From Spirochaetia bacterium (GTDB lineage Bacteria > Spirochaetota > Spirochaetia > SZUA-6 > Bin103), in the NCBI GenBank assembly GCA_965208575.1, contig CBDBOV010000002.1:384001-448000 (forward strand): a stretch of 64,000 nt of DNA, read 5' to 3'. Positions 56,446 to 64,000 of the stretch are shown in pieces; within the stretch, counting starts at the first letter, position 1; each line of letters starts with the position of its first letter. The position numbers and the translations under genes are program-made. The notes under the pieces were generated by a model. That model searched no databases. It was given only the letters and a program-made list of their open reading frames with translations, and was not told the DNA's origin.

Positions 56446-59400
56446 GAGTTTAAGATCTTCATCGTCGGCGCCTACGTCAGAGGCGTCCGCTACACCAGTC
56501 TGGGCCCTGACCGGGTGGAGATCGCCGGCAGGACGATGACCCTGCACATCCTGTCTCCGGCGGAGATCCTTCCCGGGCGGCCAATCGCGGTCAGCTACGA
56601 CGCGCGCGGCGCGGGGGAGTTTGGGGCGAGGCTGCGGGGCACGAACGGCGTGGCGGTCGAGAGCTTCAACATCCCCACGGTAACGCGGACCGCGACGGGT
56701 CCGATCCCGCCGGTGCTGTCGGCGGTGCAGGCGGCAGGGACGCGGCTGACGATGACCTTCGACGGCGACCTGGACGGCGCGGCGGCGCCGGCGGGGCGCC
56801 GGTTCCGGGTGCTTGTCCAGCCTTGGCGGACCCGCTGGATCGTCGGCACGGGCACGGCGACGGTCGTCGGGGAGACGGTCACGGTTACGCTTGCCTCGGC
56901 GGTGGCGCCGAACGAGGGGATCCATGTGTTTTACTCGCCGGGCGACGATGCCAACCCGCTACGGGCCAACCCGCTACCGGGGACCTCGACAGGGCCGAAG
57001 GTGAAGGAAATTTTTAACTTCTACCTCACCGACATGCACCACCGCCGGATCGAGCCGAAGCTGGTTCAGGCCAGCGTGACCGGGGTGGCGCTGGTCTCGG
57101 ACGCAGGCAGCGACGCAACCTACGCGGCGGGTGAGACCGTGCAGGTGGCGCTGACCTTCGGCGAGGCGGTGGCGGTCGACACCGAAAGCGGGACGCCGCG
57201 GTTGAAGCTCGACCTGGACAAGGACGAGGACTCGGGCGAGCGCTGGGCGGCGTACGAGGACGGCTCCGGCAGCGACACGCTGACCTTCACCTGGGAGGCG
57301 GCAGCGCCGGACGAATCGGCTGCGGGTGTCGCGGTGCTCGCGGACACGCTGGATCTCAATGGCGGGACCATCGCGTCGGTTGCGACGCAAACAGCGGCGG
57401 CGCTGGGGCACGTTGGCCTTGACCACGATCCGGCGCACCGGGTGGACGCTGCGCCGCCGCAGTTGCTGCGCGGCGAGATCGACGGCGGAACGATGACGCT
57501 GTATTTCAGCGAGGCGCTGGATCCGGACTCCACGGGCGGTGAGTTCCACATGCGCGTGGAGACCCCGGAGGGGGGCGTGGTGGGCTTCCGCGCCACGGGC
57601 GACGTGGTGGTCGACGGCGCGACCGTGACGGTCGGCATGGGCGAGAGCTCCCCGCGGGCGCAGGCGGGCCTGGAGCGTAACCGGGTACGCTACGTACGGC
57701 GCGCTGACGGCGCCGACGGGGCGCTTCGCGACATGGCCGGCAACCCGGTGAAGGGGCACAGGTCGCAGCTCTACACGCCGGACGCCGTCGAGACGCGGAA
57801 CGTCGAGATCGACCTGGCCAACGTAACCAGGGGCGCGCCCCGGGTGACGGGGGTGGCGGTGATGTCGAACGCAGGCGCCGACGCGACCTACGGGCTCGGC
57901 GAGCGGATCCGCATCCGGGTCGGCTTCAGCGGGGCGGTAACGGTGACGGGCTCGCCGGGGATCGGCATTGACATGGACCCCGCCGAGTGGGGCGAGAAGC
58001 GGGCAATCTACGAGAGCGGCTCCGGGTCACCGACACTTGTCTTCGTCCACGAGGTGGTGGAGCCGAACCTGTCGAGGCAGGGGATCGCGGTGCTGGCGGA
58101 CACGCTGGCGCTCGACGGCGGCGCGGCGATCGTCTCGACGGTGACGGACGACAGCGCGCTGCTCGGCCACGCGGGGCTCCCCCACGACCCGGCGCACAAG
58201 GTGGACTGGCGGCTCGCGCCGGCGTCGGCGTCGGCGGCGGGCGCGCCCGCGGTGACCGGGGTGACGGTGGTCTCGGACGCAGGCAGCGACGCCACCTATC
58301 TCCTGGGCGAGGTGATCCGGGTGCGCCTCACCTTCAGCGAGGCGGTGAAGGTGACGGGGACGCCGCGCGTTGCGATCGACATGGACCCGGCCGAATGGGG
58401 CGAGAAGCAGGCGGCCTACGAGGGTGCGCGGGACACGGCCGTGCTGTCGCTCACCTTCGCGCACGAGGTGGTGGAGCCGAACCTGTCGAGGCAGGGGATC
58501 GCGGTGCTTGCGAACTCGCTGGAGCTCAACGGCGGCACGATCCGCTTGGCGGGCGGCGCGAACGCGGCACTGGGCCACAGTGGCCTCGGCCACGATTCCG
58601 ACCACAAGGTGGATTGGCGCCCGGACATCTCGGTGGCGGACGCACGGGCGAACGAGGGTGCGGACGCGGCGGCGGCGTTCGAGGTGTCCTTGAGCCGCGC
58701 GTTCACCGGCGCCGAGCACCGGGTGACGGTGGACTACGCAACGGCCGACGGGTCGGCGACGGCGGGCGAGGACTACACGGCGGCGAGCGGCACGCTGACC
58801 TTCACCGCGGGTGAACGGGTCAAGACGGTGAGCGTCGCCATCCTCGACGACAGCCATGACGAGGGCGAGGAGACCTTCACGCTGAGCCTGTCGAACGCCA
58901 CCGGCGCGCACATCGGCGACGGCGAGGCGACCGGCACGATCGTCAACACCGACCCGATGCCGCGGGCGTGGCTGGCGCGCTTCGGGCGCACGGTGGCCGA
59001 GCAGGTGGTGGACGCGGTCGGGGCGCGGCTGGCGGCGCGGGGCGGCGGCGGTGCACAGGCGCGGATCGCCGGGCAGGAGCTCACCGCCGCCGGCGGCCTC
59101 GACGCGGAGGAATCGGCGCGGCTGGCCGACCAGGAGCTGGCGCGCTGGCTGGCGGGCACGCCGGAGCAGCCGCGCACGATGACCGGCGGCGAGCTGCTGG
59201 CCGGCAGCGCGTTCGCGGTGACCTCCGCGGCGGCGCAGGACCGGCCGGCGGCGGCGCTGTGGGGCCGCGGCGGGTGGTCGCGGTTCGAGGGGCGCGAGGG
59301 GAGCCTGAGCGTCGACGGCGAGGTGACCACGGCGCTGCTCGGCGCGGAGCTGGCCTCGGGAGCGTGGCTCGGCGGGGTGATGCTCTCGCACGCACGCGGG

Positions 59401-60363
59401 GACGGCAGCTACCGGGCCGACGCCGGCGCCGGGACGGCGGCGAGCACGCTGACCGCCGTGCATCCCTACGTGGGGGTGGACCTGAGCGAGCGGCTGACCG
59501 CGTGGGCCGCCGGCGGCCTGGGCCTGGGCGGGCTCACGCTCACGCCCGACGGGGCGGCGGCGCTGGAGACCGACCTGTCGCTGCTGCTGGCGGCGCTCGG
59601 CGCACGCGGGCGGCTGGTGGAGCCGGCGGCCGGGAGCGGCTTCTCGCTGGCCATCGAGACCGACGCCTACTGGGTGCGCACCAGTTCCGCGGCGGCATCC
59701 GGGCTGGCGGAGACGCACGCGGACGCCACGCGGATCAGGCTCGGGCTCGACGGCGGCTACCGGATCGGGCTGGGGCGCGGTGGCACGGTGGAGCCCACGG
59801 TCGCGGTCGGGGTGCGCCACGACGGCGGTGACGCGGAGACCGGCTACGGGATGGACCTGGGCGGCGGCCTGGCGTGGTCGGCCCCGGCGCTCGGGCTGTC
59901 GGCGCGGGTGGGGGCGCGCGGGTTGCTGACCGCCGAGTTCGACGGCTTCCGCGACCTCGGCCTGTCCGGGTCGCTCGCCTGGGACTCGGACTCGGCGTCC
60001 GACCGGGGACCGTCGCTGACCGTCACCCAGACCGTGGGCGCCGCGGCCACCGGCGGCATCCGGGCGCTGCTCGGGCGGCCGACCCTGGCCGGCCTGGCCG
60101 CCACCGGCGACGGCCTCGACAGCCGTCGCCTGGACCTGCGCGCCGGCTACGGCTTCGCGGCGGCCGGCGACCGCTTCACCCTGACGCCGGAATTCGGGCT
60201 CGGCCTGTCGGATGCGGGCCGCGACTACACGCTCGGCGTGCGGCTGGGCCTGGCGCAGCGCGCCCCGGCGTCGTTCGAGCTCGGGCTCGAGGCGACACGC
60301 AGGGAGTCCGCCGACCACGACGCCAAGCATCGGCTCGGGCTGACGATGACCGCGAGCTGGTGA
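56446..60363 (+). pseudogene. C-terminal part of the interrupted surface protein (SwmB-like domains, Calx-beta, beta-barrel)
   Basis: In frame with 21358-21654; near-identical to the C-terminal modules of the giant gene. Confidence 0.85.
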
Positions 60364-60561
60364 CCGAACGGCGACCCGTTCGCCGTCCTACACCGCAGGA
60401 ACACCACCTCGGCCCGCTTCGACGACGCGGTCGTCTCGGGCGGCGCCAAGCTGCGCTCCATGATCTCCTCGATCGCCAAGGAACGTCTGGTCGACAGGTC
60501 CAGGAATCGACGGGCACGCAGCTACCGACGTAGCGTCCAATCGACTTCGCCGGGTCGCACA

Positions 60562-61689
60562 TCAAGTGCTCACGTACAGACGGGGGACGCGGGCGGAGAT
60601 GGCGCTGGTGATTTCGTAGGGGATGGTGCCGATGCGGTCGGCGAGCTCGGCGGCGTCGGGACCGGCGGGGTCGGGACCGAACAGTACCGCGCGGTCGTAG
60701 CGGGCGGCGTCGGGGCGCGCTCCCAAGTCGACCAGGCATTGGTCCATGCAGATGCGGCCCACCACCGGGTAGCGGCGGCCGCGAATCAGCACCTCGGCGC
60801 GGTTGGAGAGCAGCCGCGGGTAGCCGTCGGCGTAGCCGGCGGGCAGGGTGGCGATCACGGTGGCGGCACCGGTGCGATGGGTGTGGCCGTAGGAGACGCC
60901 GGTGCCGGCGGGCACCCGCTTCAGGTAGGCCAGGCGCGTGGCCAGTTCCATGACCGGCTGCACGGCGACGGTGCGCGGCAGGTTGCCGCCCGGATAGTAG
61001 CCGTAGGCGATCACCCCCAGGCGCACCATGTCCAGGTGCGACTCCGGCAGGCCGACGATGGCGCCCGAGTTGGCGGCGTGGTGGGCCAGCAGGCGGCGGT
61101 CGGGGATGGCGGCGATCGCCTCGTGGAAGGCGGCGAGTTGCGCGCGCGAGAACTCCTGGTCCGCCTCGCTGGAGCGGGCGAAGTGGGTGCACAGGCCGGT
61201 GAGGCGCAGGCCGGCCATGCCGCGCAACTGTTCGGCGACCGTGGCCGCCTGGTCCGCGCGGCAGCCTATGCGCGCCATGCCGGTGTCGATCTTCAGGTGC
61301 ACGTCGACGGTGCGCCCCGCCGCCGCGGCGGCGCGCGCCAGGTCGCGACCCATGGCGGCGTCCCCGCACAGGGGTGTGAGCCGGGCCGCGGCGATCGCGG
61401 GCGCCTCTTCCGGCAGCGGCAGGCTGAACAGCAGGATCGGCGCCTCGATGCCGGCCTCGCGCAGTTCCACCCCCTCGTCGACCGTGGCCACGCCGAAGGC
61501 GCTGACGCCGGCCTGCAGAGCGGCGCGCGCCACCGGCACGGCGCCGTGACCGTAGGCGTTGGCCTTGACCGCCAGGCAGATCCGTGGAGGCGGCTGCGCA
61601 CCGCCGCGGGCGGCGCGCAGGTGGGCGGCCACCGCCTCCAGGTTGGCGCGCAGGCGGGCCAGGTCGATGGTGGCGCGCGTCGCTCGCAT
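60562..61689 (-). CDS. alr: Alanine racemase
   Basis: AVKANAYGHG, HLKIDTGMARIG, GYADGY, GRICMDQ, TIPYEI. Confidence 0.96.
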   Translation of the reverse strand: MRATRATIDLARLRANLEAVAAHLRAARGGAQPPPRICLAVKANAYGHGAVPVARAALQAGVSAFGVATVDEGVELREAGIEAPILLFSLPLPEEAPAIAAARLTPLCGDAAMGRDLARAAAAAGRTVDVHLKIDTGMARIGCRADQAATVAEQLRGMAGLRLTGLCTHFARSSEADQEFSRAQLAAFHEAIAAIPDRRLLAHHAANSGAIVGLPESHLDMVRLGVIAYGYYPGGNLPRTVAVQPVMELATRLAYLKRVPAGTGVSYGHTHRTGAATVIATLPAGYADGYPRLLSNRAEVLIRGRRYPVVGRICMDQCLVDLGARPDAARYDRAVLFGPDPAGPDAAELADRIGTIPYEITSAISARVPRLYVST

Positions 61690-61698
61690 GGCCGCCCC

Positions 61699-62631
61699 TC
61701 AGCGCCCGAAACCCGCGGACCGGAGCGGGGCTGGCGGCCGGCCTCGCGGCCACGCCGTGCCGGTGGCCATGCCGCTGCACGAGCCGTCATGGTGCAGCGC
61801 GGCGGGCAGTTGCGACAGGTGGGTGAGCACCAGGTCGGGGTGTACGGCCGCGCAGCGCGGGTCGTCGCGGCGCAGGCGCAGGGAGCGTGCGTCGCCGGCG
61901 AACAGGGCGGTACGCAGACCGGCCGCACGCGCACCGAGCAGGTCATTGCGTACGTCGTTGCCCACCATCACGATCTCGCGCGGCTGCAGGCGACAGTGGT
62001 GGGCCATGCGCGCGGCGGCGGCCGCGAACAGCCGCGGCGACGGCTTCGCCTCGCGCAGCGCGAACGACCACACCGCCAGCCGCGGGTCTATGCGCAACTC
62101 CGGCAGCAGCGCGGCCAGCGCCAACGGGGTGAAAAACTGCGCGTTGGACACGATCCCCACCGGCCCGCGCGCCCTCAGCGCGGTCACCGCGGCGGCGGCT
62201 CCCGGCATCGGCCACACCGGGTTGGTACGGCACTCGTAGCTGACCGCCGCTCGCTCCACGGCCGCGGTGCCGGCGCCCGGCAGCATGCGCCGCCACAGTT
62301 CGCGCAGTTCCACCTCGGGATGGGCCACCCCGCGAGCGCGCGCGCCGGCATGGACGGCGCGGACCGCGGCCTCCAGCGCCGCCACCAGGTTGCCGGCGCG
62401 GGGTGCCGCGTGGGCCAGGCCGGCATCGTTCAGCGCCGCCGCCATGGCCGCGTTCCTGGCTTCGCTCGACGCGGCGCCGCTGCCGATGTCGCCGGCCGCC
62501 GAGACGAGCAGCGTGCCGTAGACGTCGAACAGCACGCCGCGCACACCGCCGATCCGCCGCAGCAGCGGCAGGCACCCGGCAACCGGCCGCGGTGCCTGCG
62601 GCGCGCTGAGGCGACGGATCAGCTCGATCAT
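61699..62631 (-). CDS. HAD-family hydrolase
   Basis: FDVYGTL, IVSNAQF, KPSP, VGND..ND..GA. Confidence 0.85.
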   Translation of the reverse strand: MIELIRRLSAPQAPRPVAGCLPLLRRIGGVRGVLFDVYGTLLVSAAGDIGSGAASSEARNAAMAAALNDAGLAHAAPRAGNLVAALEAAVRAVHAGARARGVAHPEVELRELWRRMLPGAGTAAVERAAVSYECRTNPVWPMPGAAAAVTALRARGPVGIVSNAQFFTPLALAALLPELRIDPRLAVWSFALREAKPSPRLFAAAAARMAHHCRLQPREIVMVGNDVRNDLLGARAAGLRTALFAGDARSLRLRRDDPRCAAVHPDLVLTHLSQLPAALHHDGSCSGMATGTAWPRGRPPAPLRSAGFGR

Positions 62632-62714
62632 GCGTGCAGTGGATTGTGCGTCCTGAGAGCCGGGAATCGCGAAAGGCCGCGATCGGCGGTATACAACGGA
62701 TCGACCGCGGTCAT
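62628..62714 (-). pseudogene. vapC: Internally deleted VapC (PIN) toxin remnant
   Basis: 28 aa MTAVD|PLYTADRGLSRFPALRTHNPLHA joins PIN-like N- and C-termini; ATGA-coupled on both sides. Confidence 0.65.
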
Positions 62715-62956
62715 CCGCCGTGGCCCTCATACGCGAGCGACCGGAGGGTCTCCCCGTTGCCGGCAATCACGCCCGGCTGCAAGCCGTTGCCGGCGACCGT
62801 GTGACGCCGGTAAGAGACGCGCGCCGGGGCTCGGGAAGCGTGCATGACCGCGTGGAGGCCGGTCACGATCAACTCCTTGAGCGTGGTGCCGCGTGCGGCC
62901 GCAACCTCTTCCGCCTCCTTCAGGAGAGCGTCGGGAATCTCTACGGTCGTCGTCAT
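62711..62956 (-). CDS. vapB: VapB/DUF2191-like antitoxin
   Basis: MTTTVEIPDALLKEA..AAARGTTLKELI..GL. Confidence 0.75.
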   Translation of the reverse strand: MTTTVEIPDALLKEAEEVAAARGTTLKELIVTGLHAVMHASRAPARVSYRRHTVAGNGLQPGVIAGNGETLRSLAYEGHGG

Positions 62957-63306
62957 GCGGGCAACCATATTCCTTCGCCGCTCCAGAGCGTCGGTTCGTC
63001 GCGGTCCAGTGACTCGAAAAAACCGCCGCGGTCCGACACCCCGAACAGGAAGGCCAGCCGCTCGGCGCGCTCGCCGATCACGGCACGAATTCGACGCCGG
63101 TCCTGCAGCGATGCGGACTGTGTCTGGTATGACTGCGTACCGTAGATGCTGTGAAACAGCCCGCCGATGCACACCGCCTGGTCGTTGCCCCAGTCCTGGA
63201 GCAGATCATGGGTTCCGCGCAGGTGATCGAGCAGAGCGCCACCGGAGTGCGGGTTCGCGTCGGCTTTCAGATCGAGCAGCAGGTCGAGGTGTTTCTGGTG
63301 AATCAT
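62953..63306 (-). CDS. DUF6817-like HD-related protein, possibly truncated
   Basis: HSGG.LLDHL.GT..LL..WG..GLFHSIYGT..IG..AERL..LF. Confidence 0.7.
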   Translation of the reverse strand: MIHQKHLDLLLDLKADANPHSGGALLDHLRGTHDLLQDWGNDQAVCIGGLFHSIYGTQSYQTQSASLQDRRRIRAVIGERAERLAFLFGVSDRGGFFESLDRDEPTLWSGEGIWLPA

Positions 63307-63388
63307 GTCCGTCCGATCGCAGATCGAGCGTAAGCTATCATGGAAGAGGGATGAAGATCGCAACAGTCCGCGCGGAGTCCGCCCCGGC

Positions 63389-63803
63389 ATGACGCGACTC
63401 TCTCCGGTGATCGAACCGTACGAGCACGGGATGTTGGCCGCCGGCGACGGCAACCTCGTCTACTGGGAAACCTGCGGCAATCCGCGCGGCAAGCCGGCCG
63501 TGGTGGTGCACGGCGGTCCCGGTTCGGGATGCACGGAGTGGCAACGGCGCCTGTTCGACCCGACTGCCTACCGCGTCGTGTTGTTCGACCAGAGCGGTTG
63601 TGGGCGGAGTACGCCCCACGCGAGCACCGACGCCGCCGACCTTACGAGCAACACCACGTGGCACCTCGTGGACGATATGGAGGCGCTGCGGCGCCACCTG
63701 GGCCGAGCTGTTGGTGGTGGACAACGCCGGACACGCCGACAGGGCGATCACTCGGGCGCTGACTGACGCTACCGCCGGGTTTCTGGACTCGCCCCGCCGT
63801 TGA
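63389..63803 (+). pseudogene. pip: Proline iminopeptidase with a large internal deletion and frameshift
   Basis: GNPRGKPAVVVHGGPGSG..NTTWHLVDDME.LR.HLG joins out of frame to AEL.VVD.AGH; catalytic Ser motif absent. Confidence 0.75.
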
Positions 63804-63918
63804 GGTTAGGTTGCCTCAAGGTGGCGAACACGCTCGCGCGGCCGACACATGGCGTTTGCCTTCGCACTCCCCGGTACGGCACCAGTCGGCGTTGCCCATG
63901 ATCGGGGAGAGTGCTGGC

Positions 63919-64000
63919 GTGGGCGGTAATGGCAACTTCCGAGTCGAGGTTGCCGACTTCGGTCCGATCCGTCGTGCGTCTGTCGATGTTCGCCCGCTTA
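63919..64000 (+). CDS. Start of an ABC/AAA-type ATPase (partial)
   Basis: FRVEVADFGPIRRASVDVRPL, a typical pre-Walker-A N-terminus; RBS GGGGAG. Confidence 0.55.
   Translation, partial: MGGNGNFRVEVADFGPIRRASVDVRPL

Noticed and set aside
60460-62847. 795-aa plus-strand ORF
   Set aside because: Antisense shadow of alr and the HAD gene

Overview
High-GC bacterial DNA in three parts. (1) 1-20657: 3' part of a giant (>6,880 aa) repetitive surface protein gene (34 Ig-like 113-aa repeats plus SwmB-, cadherin-, FN3- and Calx-beta-like modules and a C-terminal beta-barrel). (2) A paralogous surface-protein gene (21358-21654 + 56446-60363) is split by an apparently complete 34,785-bp transposable (Mu/B3-like) prophage at 21655-56439. 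The prophage has TGT...ACA ends and a 6-bp target duplication (CAACTG). Its packaging operon is inverted at the left end, the immunity/transposition genes lie in the middle, and head-tail genes are on the right. Notable phage features: two identical dyad sites that appear to drive four divergent, mostly leaderless late promoters; a Csx16-like (ring-nuclease family) gene inside the terminase operon; a MuF protein with a HEXXH extension plus a small partner gene; a duplicated repressor 3' end with cargo genes; and a capsid protein with an inserted beta domain. (3) 60562-64000: host genes (alr, HAD hydrolase, vapB with an internally deleted vapC, DUF6817-like gene, pip pseudogene, start of an AAA ATPase). 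All family calls are by-eye motif recognition; no database searches were run.
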